64,000 bases of DNA, taken from an uncultured cyanobacterium (GTDB lineage: Bacteria; Cyanobacteriota; Cyanobacteriia; Cyanobacteriales; Cyanobacteriaceae). The notes under the pieces were generated by a model. That model made no database searches and was not told where the DNA came from. It saw nothing but the letters and a program-made list of their open reading frames with translations. Every line of letters begins with the position of its first letter. Within the stretch, counting starts at the first letter, position 1. The stretch is taken from NCBI GenBank assembly GCA_963749915.1, contig CAVVOP010000020.1, positions 1 to 64,000 of the forward strand, written 5' to 3'. This document shows, piece after piece, positions 19,463-29,155 of the stretch. The translations under genes and the position numbers were made by a program.

Positions 19463-19808
19463 GGAAAATAATCCTTACAATAAATTGAATTTCTGTTAAT
19501 TATTTTTGCATAAGTAGGGCAACCTACAAAATGAGATGATCTAAAATCAGGATTGCCATCTTTTCTTCCCTAACGACCATGGTTAATCCCAAAGCCTTTG
19601 CTGACTTAAGGTATGATTTCGCCGGGGGAATAGTCCATTTGTCTTGTCAATAAGCAACTGTTGAAGAATCTTTCTTAAAGTAATATATTTTAGCTATAAA
19701 TTCTTATAAGTCTTCCTCTGATGATGCAACGCCAATTCATTAATTTTGTTAAGATACTTAATCAAATAAAATTGCTATCTTTAATATAATTCTTTAACAT
19801 TTAGATCT

Positions 19809-20612
19809 ATGAACAATTCTAAAACGAAAATTGACTTAAGAAATAACCTAGATAAATTATTATTTGTCTTCGCCACTGTTTATCTAATGTTAGTGGCGGG
19901 ATGGTTTTGGAAACAGCAACAAAAAATTATTTCCTCATCATCTTCCAATGTCGTTAACTCTAGTGAAAAACCTATCAGTAATTATCCTCAAACTTTAGAC
20001 ATTAAAAACGAAATATCATCCCCTAGTAAGGACACAAATTTACAATTAATAAAGATAGCGACAAACCGATTACAAACACCTATTTCATCCTTGCCTCGAA
20101 CTTCTCTTAATTCAGAAGCATCCACAAATACTTTAACCATTCCTCCTCTACCAAATACCAACATTGCTGCCGATAATCCTTTTCCCCCTCCTCCATCGTT
20201 ATCACCCTTGCCAATTCCGCAACCACCCCAACCGATTCTATCTTCTCCACCACCATCAACATCTGTTGCCACAATTACACCACCGCCTCCCTCCCCAAGA
20301 AAATTAATGAAAGTGCCTACTATCAGTACTTTAAATACAAACACCGAAAATAATGACAAAGTTTCAAGTATTGCGGCCATAGCCAAAGAAACACCTAAAG
20401 AGACGGATTATAACTATACATTAATTGGTATTGTGGAATTGGAAAATAGTGGCAGTGTGGCTTTATTTAATATCAATAATCTGACCGAAAAAGTCTCCCT
20501 AGGCAATGAAATAGGCACTACAGGATGGGTATTAATGGGGGTAAATGGTACACAAGCAGTAATTACCCGTCAAGATCAATCCGTTTACCTGAGAGTAGGA
20601 GAAACATTCTAA
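19809..20612 (+). CDS. Membrane-anchored proline-rich hypothetical protein
   Basis: N-terminal TM helix, Pro-rich linker, C-terminal beta-rich domain (LIGIVEL...GWVLMGV). Confidence 0.7.
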   Translation: MNNSKTKIDLRNNLDKLLFVFATVYLMLVAGWFWKQQQKIISSSSSNVVNSSEKPISNYPQTLDIKNEISSPSKDTNLQLIKIATNRLQTPISSLPRTSLNSEASTNTLTIPPLPNTNIAADNPFPPPPSLSPLPIPQPPQPILSSPPPSTSVATITPPPPSPRKLMKVPTISTLNTNTENNDKVSSIAAIAKETPKETDYNYTLIGIVELENSGSVALFNINNLTEKVSLGNEIGTTGWVLMGVNGTQAVITRQDQSVYLRVGETF

Positions 20613-20657
20613 GGTGGTGTTCAACATTAATTAAAATTTTATTTAACTATTAATATT

Positions 20658-21215
20658 ATGGGTATATTTGAAGATTTTACTATTTTTTTAGAATCTCGTA
20701 TAGATGAATTTTTACAAAGTAATCCTCACTTAAATTTAACAATTATTGCCCAAGAATTAAATGCAGAAAAACAAGACACCCTCAAATTGATTTCTCGTTT
20801 AGAATCAGAACTAAAAACCATAGAAAATAATATTTTAAATTTAGGAAAAGAAATTCAACTTTGGTTCGATTGCATTGAAAAAGCTAAAAAAGCAGGGAGA
20901 TTAGATTTAGCTTCTGAAGCTGAAAGTAGACAATCATTTTTATTAAATAAAGGTAATTTATTTTGGCAAGAAATGGAAAAAACAAGGCAAAATATTATCA
21001 AAAATAAGGAGTTATTAATTTCGCTGGAGGCAAAACAACAAGAAGTTAATTTAAAAATAGCTCAATTAAAGGCTAAAGAACAAAATAACTATAGCCGTCC
21101 AACAGATAACAATAAATATTCATATGATGGCAGTTCAACAGATGATTTAGAAGCTAAATTTCATCAGTGGGAAATTGAACAGGAATTACAGGACATGAAA
21201 AACAATTTAAAGTAA
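20658..21215 (+). CDS. TIGR04376-like coiled-coil (PspA-related) protein
   Basis: MGIFEDF..FLESRIDEFLQSNPHL, AGRLDLA, DDLEAKFHQWEIEQELQDMK. Confidence 0.75.
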   Translation: MGIFEDFTIFLESRIDEFLQSNPHLNLTIIAQELNAEKQDTLKLISRLESELKTIENNILNLGKEIQLWFDCIEKAKKAGRLDLASEAESRQSFLLNKGNLFWQEMEKTRQNIIKNKELLISLEAKQQEVNLKIAQLKAKEQNNYSRPTDNNKYSYDGSSTDDLEAKFHQWEIEQELQDMKNNLK

Positions 21216-21247
21216 ACATAAATGATTAAACAACTATTAATTTTTTG

Positions 21248-21521
21248 GGTGATGTTGCTTTTTTGTGTTTAAATGATGACAAAAAAAGAACTTTAAAAAA
21301 ATCGCCATTAATTAAAACAGTAAATGAAAATCTCTTGGGGACAATCAATCCCGAAAAAGTAGAAGTAGAAATCCAGTTGATGGAATCGGAATCAGTCAAA
21401 GGGATTGAAGATACAGAATTAATTAGACGAAATGTGGAGTTTTGTAGGCAAAAAGAAGAATCTAAAGATGGCTATGGCATGCCATAGATAGACTAACAGG
21501 AAAAGTCTTGGCTTAATCACC
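21248..21521 (+). mobile_element. Internally deleted, frameshifted IS1-family remnant
   Basis: Left end GGTGATGTTGC (IS1-like), then an A-run; InsB motifs LDEMWSFVGKKK and RWLWHAIDRLTGKVLA in shifted frames; right end ATCACC. Confidence 0.8.
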
Positions 21522-21641
21522 AAAAATCCTATCGACTTGAGTGTTAATTTTTACAAAAAAAATGTATTTATATTCAAAAAATCAGTATGATTCTAAGAAT
21601 AAACCATTAGTTAAAAATGAATTTAACAGCGAAGGTAGCTT

Positions 21642-22220
21642 ATGAATTTTAAAAATTTTTCGTCTTTGACCGCTGTGGGTTTAGGATTGTTTTTCAGTAT
21701 CACCCCTATAAAAACCACTCAAGCCTTTGAATTGAAAACACAAGATAGTGAATCGAGATCAGGTTTTCAATCACTAATCAGTCAATTAAGAGGTCATCAA
21801 ACTTATAAAGGTGAACCTCAAATTGAATGGGGAGATAATATGTTAGGTCGAGTCGTCGGCAAAAGTGGTGATATTATGTTTATCAATGTCGAAGATGGTG
21901 GAACTTTCCATGCGAATGGTTCTTTCTCTCCCGGATCTGATGTTTTAGTAGGCAAAGATGCTGATGGAAGATACTATTTAGTAGATAGTGCTCGTTCCCC
22001 GTGGATTTCCATTCTTCAATCTAAATATGGTTACAAAAAATTAGATGGAACTTCTGTGGCATTGAATGAACGTACTGCGGCCATCTGGGCTGAACTGAAT
22101 TCGAGTCCCACCACTACTACCGCAGAGATTCCTCCTCGTGCTCAAGCAGCACCGCCTACTACTTATACACCTCAACCTGAGGTTGAACAATATAATGAAC
22201 CCGTTAGAGGATTGTGGTAA
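21642..22220 (+). CDS. Secreted hypothetical protein with Pro/Thr-rich linker and C-terminal PVRGLW
   Basis: Signal peptide (TQA-FE), low-complexity tail, terminal PVRGLW. Confidence 0.75.
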   Translation: MNFKNFSSLTAVGLGLFFSITPIKTTQAFELKTQDSESRSGFQSLISQLRGHQTYKGEPQIEWGDNMLGRVVGKSGDIMFINVEDGGTFHANGSFSPGSDVLVGKDADGRYYLVDSARSPWISILQSKYGYKKLDGTSVALNERTAAIWAELNSSPTTTTAEIPPRAQAAPPTTYTPQPEVEQYNEPVRGLW

Positions 22221-22258
22221 TTTTTCGATAGAATAAAATCTATACAGTAACAGGCTTC

Positions 22259-22282
22259 GGCACTATCAAAATCCATAGTGCC
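22259..22282 (+). terminator. Candidate stem-loop after the PVRGLW gene
   Basis: GGCACTAT-N8-ATAGTGCC followed shortly by a T-rich tract. Confidence 0.35.
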
Positions 22283-22325
22283 TGAGCATTTTGTTTTATC
22301 GATCGGTTATCTGGAGTGACAACAA

Positions 22326-22922
22326 ATGAAATCTAATTCCTTCAATAGTTTTTTGGGCAAAAAATTTTTTCTTTCTTTAGTGACATTAGGTTTTTGTTTT
22401 AGTAATGTTGCCCCTAGTCATAGCTATGAATCTTTTCCTGATATAAAGGAAGAATTATTAAAGATGGAAGCGCCTAGTATTCCTAATCTGAAAAATCCTG
22501 ATCTTTATCTTTATACTCCCCAAGAAGTTTTTCCCATCAAATTAGTATTAAGATTAGGGTCAAAACAAGTCCAAGTTTATGAAAAAGATCAATTAATAGC
22601 CAGTTTTCCCGTAGCAGTAGGTAAAAAAGGATGGGAAACCCCAGTAGGAGAATTTGAGATCATCCAAATGATAAAGAATCCTTCCTGGCAAAATCCTTGG
22701 ACAGGGAAAGTTACTCCTCCCAGTCCCAATGGTCCTTTAGGAGAACGTTGGATCGGCTTTTGGACAGACGGCAAAAACTTTATTGGTTTCCACGGCACCC
22801 CGGGAGAACATTTGATCGGTCAGGCCGTGTCTCATGGTTGCGTCAGAATGAAAAATAAAGATATAAAAGAACTATTTAAATTAGTGTCCTTAGGTATTCC
22901 TGTAACGGTTGTTAGTAATTAG
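22326..22922 (+). CDS. L,D-transpeptidase (YkuD family)
   Basis: FPVAVGKKGWETPVG, IGFHGT, SHGCVRM catalytic motif. Confidence 0.92.
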   Translation: MKSNSFNSFLGKKFFLSLVTLGFCFSNVAPSHSYESFPDIKEELLKMEAPSIPNLKNPDLYLYTPQEVFPIKLVLRLGSKQVQVYEKDQLIASFPVAVGKKGWETPVGEFEIIQMIKNPSWQNPWTGKVTPPSPNGPLGERWIGFWTDGKNFIGFHGTPGEHLIGQAVSHGCVRMKNKDIKELFKLVSLGIPVTVVSN

Positions 22923-23039
22923 CAATTAACAATTAACAATTAAATTTAATTCTCAACAGACAATTTAAGATATAGTAATTTTTTCTGGTACATTGTACCT
23001 AGAGTAGAAGTTCTCTTAATCATCAATTATAAAAAACCA

Positions 23040-23786
23040 TTGACTAATTCAAACCATGATTTTACTGAAGATGACTGTAATTGGATAGATGAAGAAAATA
23101 ATAATCTCACTGACAACAATCATCAACAAAACTATTATCCCCCTTCCAAACTCAAATCCTATAAATTTAAACCGGCTACCATTGCTTTAGTCGAAAGTGC
23201 TTTTCTAGCTAGTACAGCTAGTTTAATTTGGCTGATAGACTACTATTTTCGCTTAGGTCCTTTGTTGAAAATGCTTTTTCCCTTACCAATTGCTTTAATT
23301 TATTTACGGCGGGGTAAAAGGGCATCAATTATTACCACCATCGTCTGTGGTTTACTCTTAAGTATTTTAATGGGACCACCCCGCAGTATTGTTTATATTA
23401 TTCCCTACGGTTTAATGGGTATACAACTAGGTGCATTATGGCGTAATGGTGCAAATTGGTATTTATCCATTTTTATGGCTAGTGTTATCGGTTGTTTTGG
23501 CTTTTTCTTCCGTTTTTGGTTATTTTCTATTCTTCTGGGGGAAGATTTATGGGTCTATATAATTACTCAGATTACTAGTTTAGCTGATTGGATTTTCTTC
23601 AAATTAGGTATTTTAGCTGAACCTACCCCGATCATGATTCAACTTTTAGTGGTGATAGTTGTTTTACTCAATAATCTTATTTATAGTTTAACCGTTCATC
23701 TGGTCGGATTACTAATGTTCGATCGTCTTAATAACCCGATTCCCCGTCCTCCCGAATGGATAAAAGTAATTTTAGATTATGAGTGA
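23040..23786 (+). CDS. DUF2232-type membrane protein
   Basis: LVESAFLASTASLIWL, MGPPRS, several TM helices; start position uncertain. Confidence 0.75.
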   Translation: MTNSNHDFTEDDCNWIDEENNNLTDNNHQQNYYPPSKLKSYKFKPATIALVESAFLASTASLIWLIDYYFRLGPLLKMLFPLPIALIYLRRGKRASIITTIVCGLLLSILMGPPRSIVYIIPYGLMGIQLGALWRNGANWYLSIFMASVIGCFGFFFRFWLFSILLGEDLWVYIITQITSLADWIFFKLGILAEPTPIMIQLLVVIVVLLNNLIYSLTVHLVGLLMFDRLNNPIPRPPEWIKVILDYE

Positions 23787-23875
23787 ACACAAATCTTGAT
23801 ATTATTCATTACAAAAATAATGGGAAGAATTTTTGATAACAACAAAAACAAATTCTGTCATAATCTTAAACTTAC

Positions 23876-25939
23876 TTAAACATCTACCATCATAATTTCT
23901 GTATATTCAAACTGGTTATCACTTTTTTTGACTAAAGGATATTCGACTCCATTAATGATCATAAAATCTTCTTGACAACCCTCCTTCGGCGATCGATATA
24001 CCAGCACATATTGTCTATTAATATAAGGATTCATTTCCATTTCCACCTCATTTCGCCATTGAGTTTTCGTCACTAAAACCACTAATTGATTCGCCAATAG
24101 GGGAATGGATTTAGCTACTTGACGGCGATAAATTTCGTCTAAACTACCGAAAGGAGAATCCATAATGATAGGAAATTTACTCGAATCTAAAGCCACAAAA
24201 CTACTTTGTTTTGACCACTCTCTCACCATATCAATAATGGCACCAATAAAAGATAAACTTAAAATTTGATTTTCTCCCGTCGATGCCGCCACTGATAAAG
24301 CAATGCCTGATGTATTTTCAATTAAATTCAATTCATAATTCTCATTTAAACGGGGTTGATAAGGTGTAAAAGAGATGGAATTAAAAATTTCTTGGACTTT
24401 TTTTTCTAAGGCTAATCTAAATTGATTTTCTAGTCTTTTTTGTACCTCAAAAATACATTTTATCGAGGCTTCTGCGGCTTCAATTCTTCTCATGATTAAG
24501 GCATGTTTTTTCACCTTAACTTCCTGTTTTTTAATCTGTCTGTCTAAGTTAATTAATTCTTCTTCAACATTTTCTAGTTGTAGGTTTATTTCCCCCTGAT
24601 TCAAAGTTAATTGACGAATATGTTGATCTATATTGTCTAATTGTTTTTGTGTATCTTGAATGTTTCGATCGGGATATTGTCTTAATTGTTCGTTAATATT
24701 ATCTAATTCATTCTCAATATTTCCTAACTGAATACGCCAATCATTAATATCTTGTTGATTTTGATTTATTTGTGTCCAAAAGTTATTTTTCAGAGATTCG
24801 ATATTATTAACTTGAGTTTCTAATCTAATAGCGGCTTCTTCTATGTCACTACTTCCCGCTTTATTCATCCAATTTTTTACTTGTAAATAAGGCTCATTAT
24901 CTGGGCGTAATTCTGTGCCACAAATACATTTATTTTGATTTAATAATTGTTCCACAAATTGCTTTTTAATACCACTGGGTAACTCTCCTTTTCTTCTTAA
25001 ATCTTCAATTATAAGATTAAATTCAGCTATTACTGAGGGTAAAAAAATTAAATAACCTCTGGTAGAAACTTGTTTTTTAATAGCTTGTTGAGTATTAACT
25101 AAATTTTTTCTAACTTCTTTTTCCTCTGTTAATAATTTTTGTTTTAATAGTTGTAAATTTTCGATACTACTCATTGCTAACATTTGATTGGAAAGATTTT
25201 GTTTATCTAATTTTAATTGCTTCAATCTGACCGTAAGTAAGTTATTTTCTTCTTGTAATTTTATGTTTAAATTCTCTCGATCTTTTTGCTGTTTAATTAA
25301 GTCTTTAATTTTAATATTACCCAATGAATTTAACTCATCTTTTAAAGTTTTTTGAGCATTTTTGAGATGACTTACTGCCCTTTCTAAAACTTTTACTCCA
25401 ATTAATTCCTTCGTATCCTCCGCAATTTTATGTCTTTCTTCCACTCGAAAAAGATGATCAATGTGTTCACCATCAAAGAAAAAATATTGGTGTAAACTTT
25501 TTGGTAAAATCCTCTCAATTATATCTATAGGTTGTTCAAGGGGATGTTGCCATTTTCCATCATCTCCTGCTACCATCATAAACAATTGTGCTTGATTAAT
25601 AACTATTTTATTATCTTTATTTCGATGGGCAAAACACTTTCTTTTTAATTGATAAGTTTTATAATCATGATCAAAAATTATCTCGACAAAACATTCTACC
25701 GCAGTGCCAAATTCAACTTCATTAATTGCCCTTTTATTTACTAATAAATCTGGAGAGGCAAAGGCGGCGGTAAATCTTTCATAAAAGACCCAAGTAAAGG
25801 CATTTAAAATAGTGGTTTTCCCAGCTCCATTATTACCATGAATAATAGTGGTATTTTTTTCTCCATTAGCAAAGTAAATTATGGGACTTTTGCCGTAAAA
25901 TTGCCGAAAATTAAAGAATTGCAAACTAATTATTTTCAT
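23876..25939 (-). CDS. DndD/Rad50-like SMC-type ABC ATPase with CxC hinge motif
   Basis: NFRQFYG, Walker A GNNGAGKT, YFFFDGE, long coiled coil with CICG, signature ASTGENQ, Walker B IIMDSPFGSLD. Confidence 0.85.
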   Translation of the reverse strand: MKIISLQFFNFRQFYGKSPIIYFANGEKNTTIIHGNNGAGKTTILNAFTWVFYERFTAAFASPDLLVNKRAINEVEFGTAVECFVEIIFDHDYKTYQLKRKCFAHRNKDNKIVINQAQLFMMVAGDDGKWQHPLEQPIDIIERILPKSLHQYFFFDGEHIDHLFRVEERHKIAEDTKELIGVKVLERAVSHLKNAQKTLKDELNSLGNIKIKDLIKQQKDRENLNIKLQEENNLLTVRLKQLKLDKQNLSNQMLAMSSIENLQLLKQKLLTEEKEVRKNLVNTQQAIKKQVSTRGYLIFLPSVIAEFNLIIEDLRRKGELPSGIKKQFVEQLLNQNKCICGTELRPDNEPYLQVKNWMNKAGSSDIEEAAIRLETQVNNIESLKNNFWTQINQNQQDINDWRIQLGNIENELDNINEQLRQYPDRNIQDTQKQLDNIDQHIRQLTLNQGEINLQLENVEEELINLDRQIKKQEVKVKKHALIMRRIEAAEASIKCIFEVQKRLENQFRLALEKKVQEIFNSISFTPYQPRLNENYELNLIENTSGIALSVAASTGENQILSLSFIGAIIDMVREWSKQSSFVALDSSKFPIIMDSPFGSLDEIYRRQVAKSIPLLANQLVVLVTKTQWRNEVEMEMNPYINRQYVLVYRSPKEGCQEDFMIINGVEYPLVKKSDNQFEYTEIMMVDV

Positions 25940-26130
25940 TGGATATATTGTTTAATTATTTTTAAGACATCATCATTAATATAGCGAACATTTTTTTGTG
26001 ACAATCTATCTTTTTCTAATTGTAAAATTTCTTCCACGATCGCCTTTATTTCTGGTTTTGCCTCAGTAATAGGCTCGGTAATTTTATCTAAATTATAATA
26101 ATTATGATGAATCATGACAGTTTTTCTCAA
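25936..26130 (-). CDS. Small helical protein translationally coupled to the SMC-like ATPase
   Basis: Stop overlaps the ATPase start (ATGA); amphipathic IKAIVEEILQLEKDRL and DDVLKIIK; real start may be the second Met. Confidence 0.65.
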   Translation of the reverse strand: MRKTVMIHHNYYNLDKITEPITEAKPEIKAIVEEILQLEKDRLSQKNVRYINDDVLKIIKQYIQ

Positions 26131-26281
26131 TAATTAACTAAGCTTTATTATAAAAAAAAATTGTCAATTTTGAGTTTTAAGTTATTTTTTATTAACAACT
26201 TTTAACTTTTGTTTGTTAAATAGATTTATAATTTGAAAAGAAGGATAATAATAAGAAACATCTCCAATACTTCCCCTCATT

Positions 26282-27193
26282 ATGGCTCAAGATAAACGTA
26301 GGAAAGTTCGTCAAGTGTTAATCATTACCCTGATATTAAATATTGTTGTTTTATTACTAAAAGCGGCAGTTGGTGTCATCACTGGTTCACTAAGTTTACA
26401 AGCTGATGCTTTGCATAGTGTAACTGATAGTGCCAATAATATTTTAGGTTTAGTAACTAATCAACTTTCTTCGCCAATTCCTGATCGAGATCATCCCTAT
26501 GGTCATCACAAATTTGAGGGGATCGGAGCCTTAGGCATAGCCGCATTTCTTGGTATTGCCTGTTTTGAAATTGTGACTTCTGCATTAAATAGAATGATTT
26601 TTGGCGGAGATCCTGTTAGAATTGGTGGCAGTGAATTATGGGTTTTAATTATTATTTTAGGCATCAACATTTTCGTGGCCTTTTATGAGCGTAAAGTAGG
26701 GAAAAAAATAGGTAGTAATATTTTAATTGCTGATGCCACGCACACCATGAGTGATGTTTGGGTGACGATAGCTGTATTATTTGGTTTAATTGGAGTTTGG
26801 CAGTCGGAAAACTGGAAATTACCCATCTTACAATCCTTGGATATCTTATTAGCCTTTCCTGTGGCTTTTTTGGTACTAAAAAGTGGTTGGGAAGTGCTAA
26901 AAAGTAACTTACCCTGGTTAGTAGATGAAATGGCGATCGCCCCTGAATTAATTCATCAAATAGTAATGGAAGTACCAGGAGTAATTAACTGTCATAATAT
27001 AGCATCAAGGGGATTATTGGGCAGACAGGTATTTATCGAAATGCATTTAATTGTTGATAGTGAAAGTGTCAAAACTGCCCATGATATAACCGAAGAAGTC
27101 GAGGCTAAATTAGAAGAAAAATTCCCTCCTGTCAGAATATTAATTCATGTTGAACCTTTAGAATATCAATCCCCACAAATTAGCTATGAATGA
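26282..27193 (+). CDS. Cation diffusion facilitator family transporter
   Basis: ADALHSVTD, HPYGHHKFE, ADATHTMSD, LIHVEP. Confidence 0.92.
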   Translation: MAQDKRRKVRQVLIITLILNIVVLLLKAAVGVITGSLSLQADALHSVTDSANNILGLVTNQLSSPIPDRDHPYGHHKFEGIGALGIAAFLGIACFEIVTSALNRMIFGGDPVRIGGSELWVLIIILGINIFVAFYERKVGKKIGSNILIADATHTMSDVWVTIAVLFGLIGVWQSENWKLPILQSLDILLAFPVAFLVLKSGWEVLKSNLPWLVDEMAIAPELIHQIVMEVPGVINCHNIASRGLLGRQVFIEMHLIVDSESVKTAHDITEEVEAKLEEKFPPVRILIHVEPLEYQSPQISYE

Positions 27194-27356
27194 TATTAGA
27201 CTTCTTGAAGAAGTTAGGAGTTGACAACTTAGTACCTCAAAAGGTTCTGTGGCTTCTTGTAAATTTGCGAGGGTTTTGGGACTTATTACTTCGTCCTCAG
27301 GACAAGGTTTTCGGCACCCTTCCAAACAGTATTGAATGATGGGTGTGATTGCGATG

Positions 27357-27470
27357 GCGATCGCAGCGTTAAATGCCCAAGGCAAGACCATCATTAACCG
27401 TGCCGAAGCTGCTTCCATTTCATATCCCACCTTTGTAGATACGCTGACTCATTTAGTAGCTGAGGTTTAA
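27357..27470 (+). pseudogene. aroA: C-terminal fragment of EPSP synthase
   Basis: Translates AIAALNAQGKTIINRAEAASISYPTFVDTLTHLVAEV*, matching the AroA C-terminus (..SYPxF); starts at a HIP1 site. Confidence 0.75.
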
Positions 27471-27532
27471 GGGTCGCTTACGGTGGTGAAAGACAAAAGG
27501 GTGAAAACAAAAAGACAACAGCCTTGGTATTT

Positions 27533-28093
27533 TTAGTTCGCGGCTTGAATTTCCGCTAAGGTAAAAATAGCCTCAAACTCTAAATCTTGAGACTCATAAA
27601 ATTCTCTTCCCCCAGCTTGGCGATCGACTAAAGAAATAACTTTATTAACCCGATAACCGGCACCTCTTAATCTTTCTACAGCTAACATGGCTGATTTGCC
27701 AGTAGTGACAACATCTTCTAGCACCACAACCTCCGCCCCAGTATCTAAATTAGGTCCTTCGATGTAGGCTTTTGTACCATGTCCCTTGGCTTCCTTACGA
27801 ACAATCAGAGCGGGAATGGGCTTATTTTCATAGGCAGACACCACACTTACAGCAGTGACAAGGGGATCCGCCCCTAAAGTTAAACCAGCCACAGCGGCGG
27901 TATTTTCTGATAATAAAGAAAAAATCAATTTTCCTACTAATAAAGCACCTTCAGCCCTCAAAGTTACTTGTTTACCATTGAGATAAAAATTACTTTTCTG
28001 TCCCGACGATAGAGTAAAATCCCCTTCTTGGTAAGCATATTTGACAAATAAATCAAGTAATTGTTGTCTGAGAAAGGCACTATTATTTTCCAT
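27533..28093 (-). CDS. pyrE: Orotate phosphoribosyltransferase
   Basis: FTLSSGQKS, VRKEAKGHGT, PRPP loop VVLEDVVTTGKS. Confidence 0.95.
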   Translation of the reverse strand: MENNSAFLRQQLLDLFVKYAYQEGDFTLSSGQKSNFYLNGKQVTLRAEGALLVGKLIFSLLSENTAAVAGLTLGADPLVTAVSVVSAYENKPIPALIVRKEAKGHGTKAYIEGPNLDTGAEVVVLEDVVTTGKSAMLAVERLRGAGYRVNKVISLVDRQAGGREFYESQDLEFEAIFTLAEIQAAN

Positions 28094-28152
28094 GAATTTT
28101 TTAATTTAGATCCGCTACAATTAGAGCAACATGATCCTAGCAAATATCAATT

Positions 28153-28590
28153 ATGTTATCAAAAATTTCTCGTTTTGTTACCATTGCCGCCTTAACAACT
28201 CTCACCTGTATAATTACAAATCCTAGTGAAGCACAAAACATTCAGTCCAATGAAACTCCTAGTAGTGGCGATATGATTGTTATTGAGCCGAGCAACCCCC
28301 TAAACGTGAGTGAATTAGTTAATCAGGCTTTTTCAGAATATGGTGGTGATTTTTTTGAACAGGCCACCATTGAGGGCTCACTTAATACTATTTTCGGTTG
28401 GCGTAGTTTTCCCCAAGGTTCTTTTCCTGAAAATGATATCACTAAAGATGGTTTGTTACTTTCCATAATGATGAGCGATTATTTTAACCGGTTACAGAAA
28501 GGAGAAACCATCATAAGAACTAGAGATCTTTCGAATCCCTTCGATACTTCCTTAGAGGAGAATCCTGATTATACTAATTATACTCGTTAG
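28153..28590 (+). CDS. Secreted hypothetical protein
   Basis: Signal peptide (SEA-Q); C-terminal IIRTRDLSNPFDTSL. Confidence 0.7.
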   Translation: MLSKISRFVTIAALTTLTCIITNPSEAQNIQSNETPSSGDMIVIEPSNPLNVSELVNQAFSEYGGDFFEQATIEGSLNTIFGWRSFPQGSFPENDITKDGLLLSIMMSDYFNRLQKGETIIRTRDLSNPFDTSLEENPDYTNYTR

Positions 28591-28601
28591 TTTCTTTTAC
28601 A

Positions 28602-28674
28602 TCCAGGGTACAGGAGTTGAACCTGTCTTGGGCGAATTATGAGTTCGCTGCCTCAACCGCTCGGCCAACCCTGG
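28602..28674 (-). tRNA. trnI-CAU: tRNA with CAT anticodon, most likely tRNA-Ile2 (lysidine-modified); CCA not encoded
   Basis: Minus strand CCAGGGTTGGCCGAGCGGTTGAGGCAGCGAACTCATAATTCGCCCAAGACAGGTTCAACTCCTGTACCCTGGA folds as a cloverleaf; the AACTCATAATT anticodon arm resembles plastid trnI-CAU. Confidence 0.9.
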
Positions 28675-28751
28675 TAAAAGCAATAAAAATTTTTGCCCCT
28701 TTGCCATTATAAAATATATTTTTATTCATTTGTCAAATTTATTTTTTATTT

Positions 28752-29054
28752 ATGAAAACCAATACTCCAAGGATTTTTAAGCCGACGATAATCGCCAGTA
28801 CGATAGTTTTAGTCAGTAGTTTAGTGGTGGGATTAGCCAGTGGATTTTTTTCTTTTCATTTAGGTACGAGATCTTTAGTCGGGGTAACATCACCTCCAGA
28901 AAATCCCACCCAAAAAATAAACAATAAAGATGGCAATGGAGGACAAATAAAAAAGTTCAATCTCATGTCGGAACAAAATATGTTGGTTAAAGTTTATGAC
29001 CATATTCATAAAGCCAGAGAAGAGAGTAAAGCAAAAGAAAAGTCCAAAGAATGA
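28752..29054 (+). CDS. Hypothetical single-TM protein
   Basis: 100 aa ORF with an N-terminal hydrophobic helix. Confidence 0.6.
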   Translation: MKTNTPRIFKPTIIASTIVLVSSLVVGLASGFFSFHLGTRSLVGVTSPPENPTQKINNKDGNGGQIKKFNLMSEQNMLVKVYDHIHKAREESKAKEKSKE

Positions 29055-29155
29055 AAAACACTCAAATCTTGCACCAAGTTTTAAATTAAATGATTCAGAG
29101 TAGTCAACAGACAAAAGGTAAAAGTGAAAAGGCAGATAAGGCAAAATGAGGTTAA

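Noticed and set aside
21245..21487. 80-aa ORF as a novel small protein
   Set aside because: Explained as a frameshifted IS1 remnant.
23876..25939. Calling a complete Dnd phosphorothioation, Lamassu or Wadjet system
   Set aside because: No dndB/C/E, effector nuclease or jet genes are in the window; only the ATPase and a small ORF are supported.
27158..27430. 90-aa minus-strand ORF as an intact gene
   Set aside because: Its 5' part is the antisense of the aroA fragment and its 3' end overlaps the CDF gene; probably a chimera.
28602..28674. tRNA as an island integration site
   Set aside because: No integrase and no duplicated tRNA 3' end seen in the window.
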